This document shows positions 11,740 to 25,674 of a DNA stretch of 64,000 bases, piece by piece. Under the pieces are notes generated by a model. The model had not been told where the DNA came from. It saw nothing but the letters and a program-made list of their open reading frames with translations, and did not search any database. Where the stretch lies: assembly GCA_965235115.1 (NCBI GenBank), contig OZ249439.1, positions 14,942,001 through 15,006,000 of the forward strand, given 5' to 3'. The translations under genes were made by a program, and so were the position numbers. Each line of letters begins with the position of its first letter. The stretch's first letter is position 1. The DNA is from Laetmonice hystrix (taxonomy: Eukaryota).

Positions 11740-14700
11740 CAAAGTGAAAATAATCCATCCAGTCAGTGGACTATTAGACTAATATACCTGTGCATGGGAC
11801 AAAGATAAGCCATTTTGATACCTTTTAATCACCTGTATAGGGGCAAAGATAAGATATACTGAAACAGCCTTGGCTGTATCAGTGAATCACCTGTGTATGG
11901 GGGAGGAAAAATATAACATTTTTAAAGGCCTTGACGGTATCAGTGAAAACCTTGGTTGTAAAGGTGATTCACCTGTCTATGGGGCAAAGATCAAGAATAC
12001 ACGTAGATCAGCTCAGTATCAATGAATATAGACGTTTTTCAGCATAAACACGGCAAACCCGTGATTCGTTCATGAAAACAGTTGGGTACACACCACTAAA
12101 AACCTGCTTACATTCTAAAGCCAGTAAGCAATATAACCTTCCTATGTGCCATTTTGAAATTGGAACTACCTGTAAAGGGGTAAAGATCGGACGTTTCACT
12201 TGTTGAATAGGTGAACCACTTTTGTATGACACAAGTAAATATTATACGTCACAACATTGTGTAATCAGGATGATTATATATATGTATGATTGTATATGAT
12301 GTCAAAAGTCATATTTAGACAGCCTTGGCTGTTTTAGCAAACCACCTGTATGTGCATGGGTAAAGATATATTAGCCAGCCTTGGATGTATTATTGAAACC
12401 ACCTGTCACGTGGGTAAAGCCATGACTGTCAAACTAACTGTGAATGGGGTAGGACACCACCTGTGAATGGGGTACAGATTAGATAGATTTGACAGCCTTG
12501 GATGTATTTAGCCACGTGTGTATGTACGTAATGGTCGGTCGACAGTTGTTCATATCACAAGATCACACATTTTGACAGCATTAGCTGTCTAGTAAACCAC
12601 ATCGGTAAAATCAGATTATATTTGGCAACCTTGGTTGCACGCCTGTCGACGCAACTGGGAGATATTAGGGATCTTTGATTATCTCAAAACTGTATCATAT
12701 GCAAAGTTCCGCACGTTTCACGAAATGAAATAGTCGGAAAATGTACGCGATGGAGGAAAATACCTGTACGCGAAATGGCACATAAAATTAACGGTGTTCA
12801 GTATTATACCCGTTACTTGGCTAAAGGTAAGCAATGCACCATTTGAACTACATGTGCATGGGGCAAACATCAGACACTTGAGCCTGAATCACCTGTATGG
12901 GGACAAAAATTGGACATTTGACAGCTGTATCAGAGAATCCCATGTGCATGAAGCCATAAGTAAACATTGTGGCAGCATGGGCTGTCTCAGTCAAGATTTC
13001 TTTAAAACAGCCTTGGCTGTTTTAGTAAACCACCTGTGCGTGGGTAAAAAATTATTACAGTCTTGACCCTGTTTTCAAACCACCTGTGTATGGGTGAATG
13101 TTAATTACACAGCCTTGGCCGCGTTTTCAAACCACCTGTGTATGAGTAAAGATTTAATATCACAGTCTTGGCTGTGTTCTCAAACAACCTATGTATGGGT
13201 AAAGATGTGGGCAAAGACTAATCCAGTCAGTTAAATATTAGAATACTATACTCTGTGTGGGGTGAAAAGATCAGGCATTTTTATAACTCTGAATCACCTG
13301 TATCGGGGCAAAGATAAGATATACGCGGCCTGGTGGTGTTTTCAAACCACCTGTGTATGGGTAAAGATTTAATATCACATCTTGGCTGTGTTCTCAAACA
13401 ACCTATGTATGGGTAAAGATGTGGGCAAAGAGCAACTAATCCAGTCAGTTGAATATTAGAATACTATACACCTGTGTGGGGGGAAAAGATCAGACATTTT
13501 TATAACTCTGAATCACCTGTATCGGGGCAAAGATAAGATATACGCGGCCCGGTTGGTGTTTTCAAACCACCTGTATGTGGGTAAAGATTAATATTACACA
13601 GCCTTGGCCGTGTTTTCAAATCACCTGTGTATGGGTAAGATTAAATATTACACAGTCTTGGCCGTGTTTTCAAACCACTTGTGTGTGGGTAAAGATTAAA
13701 TAATACACAGCCTTGGCCGTGTTTCCAAACCACCTGTGTGTGGGTAAAAATTTAATATTACACAGCCTTGACCGTGTTTTCAAATCACCTGTGTATGGGT
13801 AAAGATTAAATATAACACAGCCTTGGCCGTGTTTTCAAACCACCTGTGTATGGATAAATATTTAATATTACACAGCCTTGGCCGTTTTTCAAAAGCTTAG
13901 AAACCTGTGTATAGGATGAATATACATTGTTCAACTAACTGAATGGGAAGTCCCACCACTCGTGTAGTTCGTAAAGTTCAGATATACAAGGCGGCATTTT
14001 GCTGTATTGTGAAACCTGTGTATATGGTAAAGATTAAATTTATGTATGAAAGAGCCTTGCATGTCTGATGACATTCCTATGTATGGGTAAAAGAACTATA
14101 TCAGACGATCTTGGATGTATCATGAAACCCCCATGCATTCTCCACCCCAATCTCAGAGTAATCCTTGATCCATATATCATAATGTGTAGGAGCACTTGTA
14201 AAAATAATGATCGCACCTTTTGACAGCCTGGCCGTCTAAGTGTAAGATAAGATATTTGGCAAGCTTGGTTGCACGTTCGAATCACCTGTGTCTAGGGAAA
14301 AGAATCAACAATACATGTACAGTTTGGAGAGAAATAAGCAGACGCGAATTGATCTAAAATCTGGAATACATGTCCCAGAAAATGACCCACGTGTGTATGA
14401 CGTAACTAGATATATGCCGCAACCTTTTGTCAGGAGAATCCCCATACAATATTAGTCAAATTTCTGTTACAGCCTTGGTTGTTTTAGCAAATCACCTGTG
14501 CAGGGGTAAAGATACATTAGCCAGCCTTGTCAAGTGGGTAAAACAACGACTGTCAAAACTACCTGTGAATGGGCTAGGACACCACCTGTGAATGGGGTTA
14601 ATTGTAGATTTGACAGCCTTGCATGTATTTAAACCACGTGTGTATACGTAAAGCTCGGTCGATAGTTTTGTTCAAGACCACACATTTTGACAGCCTTGGC

Positions 14701-17600
14701 TGTCTAAGTAAACCACATCAGTAAAATCAAAGTTTATTTTGCAACCTTGGTTAGACACAAAGATCAATGGTCGCCAATAAATGCATGTGCACGTCCCGTT
14801 ACACCAGTCCGACACAACTGGGAGATATTAGGGATCTTTGATTATCTCAAAACTGTATCAAATATGCAACATTTGTAAAACATTCAAAATTTCCGCACGT
14901 TTCACGAAATGAAATAGTCGGAAAATGTACGCGATGGAGGAAAATACCCGTACGTGAAATGGCACATAAAAGTAACGGTGTTCAGTATTATACCCGTTAT
15001 TTGCCTAAAGGTAGGCAATGCACCATTTGAACCATTTGTGCATGGGGCAAATATCAGACAATTTCGACTGTGAATCACCTGTATCGGGGACATTTGAAAC
15101 TGTATCAGAGAATTCCATGTATATGAGGCCAAAAGTAAACATTGTGGCAGCCTGGGCTGTCTCAGTCAAGATTTCTTTAAAACAGCCTTGGCTGTTTTCG
15201 TAAACCACCTGTGCATGGTAAAAAAATAATTACACAGCCTTGGCCGTGTTTTCAAATCACCTGTGTATGGGTTAATGTTAATTACACAGCCTTGGCCGTG
15301 TTTTCAAACCACCTGTGTATGGGTAAATATTTAATATTACACAGCCTTGGCCGTGTTTTCAAACCACCTGTGTATGGGTAAAGATTAAATATTACACAGC
15401 ATTGGCCGTGTTTTCAAACCACCTGTGTATGGGTAAATATTTAATATTGCACAGCCTTGGCCGTGTTTTCAAACCACCTGTGTATGGGTAAAGATTAAAT
15501 ATTACACACCCTTGGCCGTGTTTTCAAACCACCTGTGTATGGATAAATATTTAATATTACACAGCCTTGGCCTTTTTTCAAAAGCTTAGAAACCTGTGTA
15601 TAGGATGAATATACATTGTTCAACTAACTGAATGGGGAAGTCCCACCACTCGTGTAGTTCGTAAAGTTCAGATATACAAGGCAGCATTTTGCTGTATTGT
15701 GAAACCTGTGTATATGGTAAAGATTAAATTTATGTACGAAAGAGCCTTGCATGCCTGATGACATTCCTATGTATGGGGTAAAAGAACTATATCAGACAAT
15801 CTTGGATGTATCATGAAACCCCCATGCATTCTCCACCCCAATCTCAGAGTAATCCTTGATCCATATATCATAATGTGTAGCAACACTTGTAAAAATAATG
15901 ATTTCACCTTTTGACAGCCTGGCCGTCTAAGTGTAAGATAAGATATTTGGCAAGCTTGGTTGCACGTTCTAATCACCTGTGTCTAGGGAAAAGAATCAAA
16001 AATACATGTACAGATTGGAGAGAAATACGCAGACGCGAATTGATTTAAAATCTGGAATACATGTCCCAGAAAATGACCCACGTGTGTATGACGTAACTAG
16101 ATATATGCCGCAACCTTTTATCAGGAGAACCCCCATATAATATTAGTCAAATTTCTGTTACAGCCTTGGTTGTTTTTAGCAAATCACCTGTGCAGAGGTA
16201 AAGATACATTAGCCAGCATTGTCAAGTGGGTAAAACAACGACTGTCAAACTACCTGTGAATGGGCTAGGACACCTGTGAATGGGGTAAATTGTAGATTCG
16301 ACAGCCTTGCATGTATTTAACCACGTGTGTATACGTAAAGCTCGGTCGATAGTTTTGTTCAAGACCACACATTTTGACAGCCTTGGCTGTCTTAAGTAAA
16401 CCACATCGGTAAAAAAAAGTATATTTGGCAATCTTGGTTGCACTTTGGGAATCACCTGTGTCTAGTACAAAGATCAATGGTCGCCAATATTATGCAAGTG
16501 CACGTCCCGTTACACCGGTCTGACGCAACTGGGAGATATTAGGGATCTTTGATTATCTCAAAACTGTATCAAATATACAACATTTGTAAAACATTCAAAA
16601 TTTCCGCACGTTTCACGAAATGAAATAGTCGGAAAATGTACGCGATGGAGGAAAATACCCGTACGTGAAATGGCACATAAAAGTAACGGTGTTCAGTATT
16701 ATACCCGTTATTTGCCTAAAAGTAGGCAATGCACCATTTGAACCATTTGTGCATGGGGCAAATATCAGACAATTTCGACTGTGAATCACCTGTATCGGGG
16801 ACTTTGAAACTGTATCAGAGAATCCCATGTATATGAGGCCAAAAGTAAACATTGTGGCAGCCTGGGCTGTCTCAGTCAAGATTTCTTTAAAACAGCCTTG
16901 GCTGTTTTCGTAAACCACCTGTGTATGGTAAAAAAATATTTACACAGCCTTGGCCGTGTTTTCAAATCACCTGTGTATGGGTTAATGTTAAATACACAGC
17001 CTTGGCCGTGTTTTCAAACCACATGTGTATGGGTAAATATTTAATATTACACAGCCTTGGCCGTGTTTTCAAACCACATGTGTATGGGTAAATATTTAAT
17101 ATTACACAGCCTTGGCCGTGTTTTCAAACCACCTGTGTGGGTAAAGATTAAATATTACACAGCCTTGGCCGTGTTTTCAAACCACCTGTGTATGGATAAA
17201 TATTTAATATTACACAGCCTTGGCCGTGTTTTCAAACCACCTGTGTATGGGTAAATATTTAATGTTACATAGCCTTGGCCGTGTTTTCAAACCACCTGTG
17301 TATGGTAAAAAAATATTTACACAGCCTTGGCCGTGTTTTCAAATCACCTGTGTATGGGTTAATGTTAATTACACAGCCTTGGCCGTGTTTTCAAACCACC
17401 TGTGTAAAGGTAAAGATTAAATATTACACACCCTTGGCCGTGTTTTCAAACCACCTGTGTATGGATACATATTTAAAATTACACAGCATTAGCTGTGTTT
17501 TCAAACCCCCTGTGTAAAGGTAAAGATTAAATATTACACAGGCTTGGCCGTGTTTTCAAACCACCTGTGTATGGGTAAAGATTAAATATTACACAGCCAA
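11740..17600. repeat. Satellite block: 55-bp monomer arrays inside three higher-order repeats (~2.2 and ~1.7 kb periods)
   Basis: Monomer ACACAGCCTTGGCCGTGTTTTCAAACCACCTGTGTATGGGTAAAGATTAAATATT forms arrays at ~13000-13890, ~15180-15575 and ~16890-17600. The unique anchor GCAACTGGGAGATATTAGGGATCTTTGATTATCTC recurs at ~12651, ~14815 and ~16525. Confidence 0.95.
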
Positions 17601-20600
17601 TGGCTCATTGCGTATATATTTGTAGGTACAAATGGTTGTTGGATATGAGGCATTTGTAAAAAATGAGAAAAGACAATTAATATGCATATTACACAGAACG
17701 AGAATCAACGTTACCTTTGCGAGATGGAAACCGAGATACTCTTGAGGGGTTTGAGAAATCCATCTGTGATCCTCTTATAACTGTACCAAATATACAGACA
17801 TTTTGCCAAGGATGACATTTGAAACTGAATCACCTGTAGAGTGTAAAGAAAGGCGAAGAAAGCATTACCTTATCAATGAAAACATTTGTTTGGAAATGGT
17901 ACCTTGTCTAGAAGGAAAGTGTATGTCTATAATGATCGACCACCTAGCTCCACCTATTCACTCTTGCCGCCTGAACAATATTGTTTTTGTCTGAAGTTAT
18001 AGGCCTAGTGCCAAGTCAACAATCAGAGTTTTTACGCGTGTGCACAATTCGCATCGAGATCTGCGTGACAGATTTCTGTATCGCAGTAATCATTTAAGCG
18101 CATTTAGATCATCATCTTTATGTATTCACCAGGGCTATCACTGTCCCCAATGAATACGTCCGTCATTAAATAGACCAATTTTGGCCTAGTTTCCTTAAAC
18201 GAGATATACCTGGACGTCTCCAGATGTATCTCTAGCTAGTACTAGAAACCGGTCCTACCTGTCGCTGAGGCATGGCACATACTGTCAAACAAAAAAAGGA
18301 GAAATTTTGCCATTAATAGTTCTGGAATAAATTACTTTATCGATTCGATACTACGTTGTTGGGCGAACCAGGAGTTAAAAATAATGAAGCCAGATGAACT
18401 CATATATACTTGAATCGATGATAACGTTATCTACATTATTAAAATCAAATTAAGTCAAAAATATCAAAATACCGCACTTACTGATCCAGTGTCCAGGTGC
18501 CGCTTCTTGTAGCTGATGGGAACCTGGTTGATGGGAGCCTGGTAAATGCCACACGGCATATAAAGTCATGCCACACGGCATATCAGTTCATCAGGCTTAT
18601 CAGTTCATCAGGCTAAAGTCCACCAGGATGCCATACATCCTCGGCTCACAACAAAACACAGATTTCGCAGGTTCATATCCATGAGACACCTCACACACTC
18701 CAGGTAATCCGTGCGGAGAAGGGCAGGAATAACACGCACAGATGGCAGCACATGTGACGCGCCGTGTCAGGTTTAGGTCATTACCTCAGACATGGCGTCC
18801 TCAGTGAAACGCTTGCTCGAAAACCTAAGGGTAAAAAGGGAAAAACATATGAAAAAGTAATTGGAAAAGTAAAGGGTCTTCCAGTCTCACTATATACTAG
18901 GTCTAGGGCGAGTTCCAGAGATATAGAAAGTAGGCTTACAATCACCTTTGTGTAAATGTCGCTGCCCAGAGTAGTTGGGCAATTAAATCTGAGCATTGTG
19001 ACTGGGCAAGAGTAGCTAACAGGTCACATTACACCACTGGGCAAAAGTATCTAGGAAGTCACACTGAATTTCTGGGCAATAGTATCGAAGATGCCACATT
19101 ACATGACTGGGCAATATCTTTAGCCATGTTACAATGGCTGTGCAGTGGCATGGTCAATCCACAACGGATGACGGCATAGTCGTCATCCAACCTACTTTGA
19201 ACACACTATATGACAGATTTGAATTTTAAGTAAATTCTTACCTTAATGTACATTCATCAAGTACATCTTGTGGGATAACCCTGAAGCCCTTCTCCAAATA
19301 ACTGCATGGAGAGCGAGGAGATGATCCAGGAAAAATCCCTGAAAATCCAAACCGAAAGTTAAGTTTTGCAGACTCGCAGAAAATGAAATATTACAATACA
19401 CTATTTTGTACATTTTTGGCCTTGAAACTACAAATAAGACCAAAATTAAAATACAACAAAATTACAATTATAACCAGGTTCATATCCCGATGTTACAGGG
19501 AATGTTACGCTGAAATCCGGGAGATAATTCCCATCCTTGATTTTTCCCCTATAATTTACCAGTATATTAATTTGTCAGCACGGAACTTCACTGGACATTT
19601 TGAGAGCTGAAGGGCCCCAAAAACACCCCTGTAGCTAGGGCCATATTAATTTACGAACAGCTTCCCGAGAGTTTACAGGGCTGTCAGACCTCATGCCGTT
19701 ATAGCTGCTAGTGACCATCGGTTACAGTTTGTCAAGCAAGGAGGCGTAATGTTAATAGAAAATAAATCAAACTACATTATTATAGTACTGAATAAGGTAT
19801 ATTAAATAGACCCATCAACCAAAGCAAGAATACAACTATAGGCATGTGGCGTTATCTTGCAATGTACGAATGTAAGGAAAGCAAGTGCAAAGAAGCGCAT
19901 TGTATACTCGGTATGTTTTGTAACATTTACCAATTCGGACAGAGTAAACAAGTACGCATAATGTCTCAAGTTTGCGGATAATACCTGAAAGAATATAGAA
20001 CTGTATTTTTGGGTTGGTTGGTGTGTATACTTCAAGAGCCTCATACGTGTGTATTCTGCACAACTTACTGTTGATCTATGACTGGAGGCTGGTCGTTTTA
20101 GTAGTGCATATCACAGCAGCCAATACACTATAGCCGTTCGACTCGGGAAAGTCTGCAATAAATAAAATAAATAAATTTCAGACTTAGTTAAACTGGTACC
20201 CTAACTCGGAATAACCTCGGAACTCGAAAAGAATTGGGCCGTTCAAATTTTTCCAGTAGTGAACGCAGTCGTGCAGAATCAACTAAATCCAGTGGAAATC
20301 TCCAAGACCAAACCCCATAAGGTAGATACGTTGATTTCTAAATTTGCAAATCTTGAGTTGGTCATAAATGAGTAAGCAAGACTTCCCAATTCATTTGAAA
20401 TTTTCACACGGTTGCACAAACATTTTCAATTGTTTAACATAAGAACCGAAATTTACACAAGCATGTTTTCGCATGTTCCCCTTCTACCTATCGAGTAACC
20501 GAGGAAATGATTATATTTCCTTTTTATCCAGTCAACACTTTTACGTACCATGCCGATAATTCTCTGCCGCAATTCCTTGCTTTCAACATTTCATTCGCAC

Positions 20601-22406
20601 ACCTGTACAATCCTCTCTCGAATGAGCACAGCTGAACTTTAAATAACTCTTTTATACCACACAGCGTTCTCAAGAGCCAATCTGATTGGACTGCTTGTCC
20701 AAGGGATGTAAACACACGTTTTCGTGCCACGATACGCTTTGGTGTCCGTACCACATCGCAAGTTCAAGGTCGTCAAGGCCTTGTTTCCAGTCATCAGCAT
20801 ATTGCACGGATACATGCGTAATTTCAGCCCACTTTTTTGATTATAATTTGTGATGAAATGCCACCATTTTGCGTAAAGTGTAAACAATGACTATGTCTAA
20901 TTAAAAAAAAACGAAAATCCTGAAATTGGCGGGGCTGAATATTCCATGTTTTACTTTGAAAAAGATAAGTTTGCAATGCTGTCGAACCCCGACTGCCCGG
21001 TTGATTCACCATCGCGTCCTTGAATTGAGATGCTAAAAATGAGGTCCCCTATTATTAATTACTAAGCTCACGTACATAAGTCAAATGCATCTAGATCTAT
21101 TTCCACCCCCCTGCCCCAGTCTAAAGCGATTCTGTTCTCAAAACAGTTAAAGGGAGCCTTAATTTTAAGCATGACACATGCTTGATTATAGCACCATAAT
21201 GGGTTTTGGAAATTCTTAACGAAACATCAACAAAGTTACAAGACTTGGTAACCCTTTTAAGTCTGTCGATCCAATACAATTAAGTTCGTATTAAATAGTA
21301 GGCCTACACACATTCGCACAAAGATCGAATGTCAATGTGTGATTCGCTTGCCGACAGTACATTATGGGTTCCCTTAAGCAGCTCGTTGTGCAGTAAACTG
21401 TCTGCCTTTAATTCGTATTCCAGGCGGTATAACGGGAGGCGAACGACACCATATGGAAATCGACTGTTCACGACGCCGTATGGAAATCGATTGGTCTCCA
21501 GGTTGTTCCTAGGCACGCATGCGCCGTAACCATTTCCTGTCTCACGTGTTTTGGCATATTTCCCCATGTGAGGTCGTTGCGTGGAAACGGTTTAATGCCC
21601 AGAAACACGGTATCAACTTTAGGTGTACGCGCGCTCTCTCCATCACAAAGATATGTCAGTCGAAATGGGCTTAAATTTACATAAGTTAGTGGCGGCAGAC
21701 GTCGGATTCGCCTCCGATCAAATGAGCAGATCTCACTACTTTCTCACATTAGCGCGGAACAGATATGTTGGTTAAACTGAACAAAGATACAGAAAGATGG
21801 TTGAAGATAACATCATTCCAACGTCTATAAATTACTCCGAAGAGATACTCTTTCTTTTATCCCCGCCACAACAAAAGATGATCAATTGCGTCTATCCCTA
21901 TGTAATTGACAAAGCATAATCCTGATTGTGGTGTATCATTATTCTAAATCATAATTTAATTGTAGAATCCTGTAAAGCATCATGTGTAATGAGATTAATC
22001 CTGACTGATCGAGATTTCATGTGGAGAGAGTTATAGCATATCAAAATTTTTGTCGTATACTTAGTTAGAGCAGAATATAAGCATCATGGTATGAAGAACA
22101 CGACCTCCATTTCTGAAAAATCTCAAGTAGGCTATAATATAACATTTGATTTGAGGCAATGACGGTAACGATTCTAAAGGTGTAGTTTTGCAATGGGGGT
22201 GTTTGAATCTACCAGCAAGGGTCAGTTACAGCAGGTATGGAGAAGGCAGCGATTTTCCTTGCTTGATTAGTAGATTAACGAGACGCTTGGAACAATTGGA
22301 ACGATTCCAGTAACTCATGAGGCAGCTTCCATAACTGATCGCCTCACCGGAAGCACTTTCAACAGCCTACCGGATCGCTTGAACTAACGTCACAACAGTT
22401 CGTCTG

Positions 22407-22948
22407 GACCAACTGCCCAGCAGATCGCTTTGACCAACTGCCCAGCAGATCGCCTTGACCAACTGCCTAGCAGATCGCCTTGACCAACTGCCCAGCAGAT
22501 CACCTCGACCAACTGCCCAGCAGATCGGTTTGACCAACTGCCCAGCAGATCACCTCGACCAACTGCCCAGCAGATCACCTCGACCAACTGCTCATGCAGC
22601 AGATCGCCTTGACCAACTGCCCAGCAGATCACCTCGACCAACTGCTCATGCAGCAGATCGCCTTGACCAACTGCCCAGCAGATCACCTCGACCAACTGCT
22701 CATGCAGCAGATCGCCTTGACCAACTGCCCAGCAGATCGCATTGACCAACTGCCCAGCAGATCGCTTTGACCAACTGCCCAGCAGATCGCTTTGACCAAC
22801 TGCCCAGCAGATCGGTTTGACCAACTGCCCAGCAGATCGGTTTGACCAACTGCCCAGCAGATCGGTTTGACCAACTGCCCAGCAGATCACCTCGACCAAC
22901 TGCTCATGCAGCAGATCGCTTGACCAACTGCCCAGCAGATCGCATTGA
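22407..22948. repeat. Minisatellite, 25-bp unit with a 28-bp variant, ~21 copies
   Basis: GACCAACTGCCCAGCAGATCGCCTT repeated, with some units containing CTCATG. It ends ~80 bp upstream of the GPCR pseudogene ATG. Confidence 0.95.
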
Positions 22949-23029
22949 CCGTCTAATCGTCTGGACTGGGCCAAATTACGGAAGGCTACTCCAGTAGCCT
23001 GTAAGGCCGTCCAGACTGTCCCGTCTGAT

Positions 23030-23451
23030 ATGAATAGGGCAAACCGTTCCCTTGTCATGTACAATAGGACGGGATTGAACACAAGCGCCGTGTCGGATGA
23101 CCTGGAGTTTTTACACGATGTCGTAAAGAATTTGAACAGGGTAGGAATAGCCGTGATTGTTCTTGCTGGTGTGTGTGGCACGTTGTCGTTTGTGGTGTTC
23201 GTATGCACCCAACTGAGGTTCCAGTCGTGCAGCGTTTACTTAGCCTTCCTAAACATCGTGGACATTGGCTTCCTCCTCTGTCTTGGTATCATATGGTTCG
23301 GGTGGATTCAAATTAACGTTTTGAACAGACAGGTAATCTGCCAGTGTGTGATTTATCTGTCTGTACCTTCCTGAGATCATGGACTGTGGTAGCCTTCACA
23401 ACAGAGCGCTCTGTTGTGAGTTTCTATCCCTTGAGGAAGAAGGTGCTTTGT
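23030..23451 (+). pseudogene. Truncated, frameshifted paralog of the 3899-5203 GPCR (N-terminus to just past TM3)
   Basis: It has its own N-terminus, then 23168-23361 matches 4091-4287 with 3 substitutions and a 3-bp deletion that removes the TM1 Asn. A 7-bp frameshifting deletion follows, then a diverged TM3/ICL2 segment (ERS instead of ERY). Homology is lost after ~23451. Confidence 0.9.
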
Positions 23452-25674
23452 TTAATGTTTCCATGCTATAATTGTGGCATTTCTGAGTTATTGCTTTCCC
23501 ACATGGATAAACATTTGACTTTTAAACTTATAACCACTCCGATAGATACCATGTAAAGCAAAGCAAAATAGCTTGGTTCTCAGCGATGACACAATAACTA
23601 TAACAGAACATAGAAAAGTTGCGTTTGATGAAAGCTGGACAAACAGACTAACGTCAAATACAGAAAACAAAAAAGAAGAGCTGCCCCAGGTGTAGGCCGA
23701 CAGTGTGGCAACCAACAGCGGGAGAGGAGAAACCCGCAAGCTCAAATGAAATGGGTTATCTTAGAGTTTGGCTGCTGGTGTTCGAGCAAAGATTCTCAAC
23801 CCTGGCTGTGTATTCTGGGTCAGGACAAGAGGAACGTATTTAGAACTTCGACACACTTTTTGAGTGTGTGTCCAGAATATGGTAACCTCGAATTCCAATC
23901 TGACTTGAATGATAAACGATCTGTAAACGATACACTCTGGCCAGACATTGAGTTTTCTATGTAAACAGCATGTTAGAAAGGTGTTGAATACTACCTTCGA
24001 ATTCATCAAGATGATTCATGATCGGACAGCCTCTCAGCCCTCAACACACGTCCACGTCAATACAATGTATACTGCATGTCAACGTACGGCCTATCTGATG
24101 TTCTGAGAAATGGTTCATACACAATATTGCTCAGCCTATACTGCGGCCTGCTGACTGTAGGGATACAAATCTTATAAAAGAGAAATGTCCAGGTGACTGT
24201 GATAGTTCTTCTACATTTCTTTCTGAATACCAGCATAGGTGAGACACGTGATTCTGTCAGGTCCGGGATGTCAACACTCCCATCAGACATCAGCAGATCG
24301 GAACCGGAAACCAAACGCCGTCATTGACATCTTTAAATGATATTTGTTATACACTCAATATAATACCGGACGGGAAAACGTTCAACTCTGGATCCTTACT
24401 TCTCCCCCGCTGATAGGTGGAATGGAAACCCAACCGCAAACAATGCATCGATGGTGGGTAGTTGTGAAACATCATGATGGAAATGTAAGGTAGGAATGTG
24501 AAGTGTTAGGATTGATCACCATCGCATTCAGAGGAAGCGAGGGAAGGGCTCAGGGTTCCTGTAGCGTTCTATCCCGGAATATCAACATATCCAGGAGGGC
24601 AGGGAGAGAACTGAGGCTGACTTGAGGTGCATCTCCTGCTAGATATGCCGTGATTAATTGTTTGTGAGATACTGCAGCTTTCCAGCTGAGTGTGAATCTA
24701 CTGGGAGGAATCAGACAGGAATTAGACATTTACATTACTGGCTGTTGGTACCAGAAGAATTTTAACACCTTCATGTGATGTACGCGGAGCCGTAGGCTCT
24801 AAAAGGTTCCTCTACGTGTTCAATAATTTCTTTGCTGGTGTGAGTGATTGAGTCTTATTTCCTCCCAACCAGTTTCAATATACCAAATCCTAACAAATAC
24901 GTGTCTGCCTTATTTTTACCCGACTACTCATTGTAAATCGGTATCGTCGGGCATGTTTGCATGCCTTGGTAGGTTAATGTCGGGTATATATGGTAATAAC
25001 ATACGATGGTATCTGTTTAACCTCGAAATCCCGAGAGGCTGACAACTGACAGTTGTGCATCGGATGCATCCGTAGGCAGTGTGTCTGGATTCATTTGCAA
25101 TTACGTGGGGTTACCGTGACTACTATAACAAATCCATAATTCTGACAAGCAAATTTCATATCCATATTGAGGGAAAGGTAAATGTCGGAGCAATGGGAAA
25201 ATATTACAAGACAACAGCTTGAACAATCAGCAGGCTAACATAATCCGTCTTTATTATAATTGACGTAATCCATTCAACTTGACTATTGTCCGACTCAATG
25301 ATCCATTAAACGAGTCTGAGCTGTCGATGTGGAGCACAAAACCATTGCCCATACTGACAAGCTTCTCTGGTCCTGACGCCATCAGTTTGAGTACAAAATG
25401 GCATGACCATAGCGTGCCGACCCACTGACTCTCACATTCCCTGGTGGCAACTCGTCGGCAGACCGCAGTCTTTTCCCTTCGGTAAACACACAAAAAGGTT
25501 GATCAATTGCATCGGCATGAATATGGCCACAAATGAGCCTCTCGGCCGAAAAGAAATATCGAAAAATATCAGTGCAAAACCTTCAATTTCGTCCGGATAA
25601 ACCATTTATGGTTTTAATAAAGGACTTTTTATTTAAATGTGGATGTTTCCTGGGATATATGATATGTAAAGGAC

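Noticed and set aside
12794-17517. Multiple 60-100 aa ORFs repeated in the satellite block
   Set aside because: They recur only because of the higher-order repeat, carry frameshifts between copies, and have no domain signal.
18480-21560. Scattered short duplications and CTGGGCAA-motif repeats suggesting further transposon relics
   Set aside because: I could not establish paired termini, a TSD or coding remnants by eye.
22390-23208. 272-aa minus-strand ORF
   Set aside because: It consists of the 25-bp repeat plus the antisense of the GPCR pseudogene.
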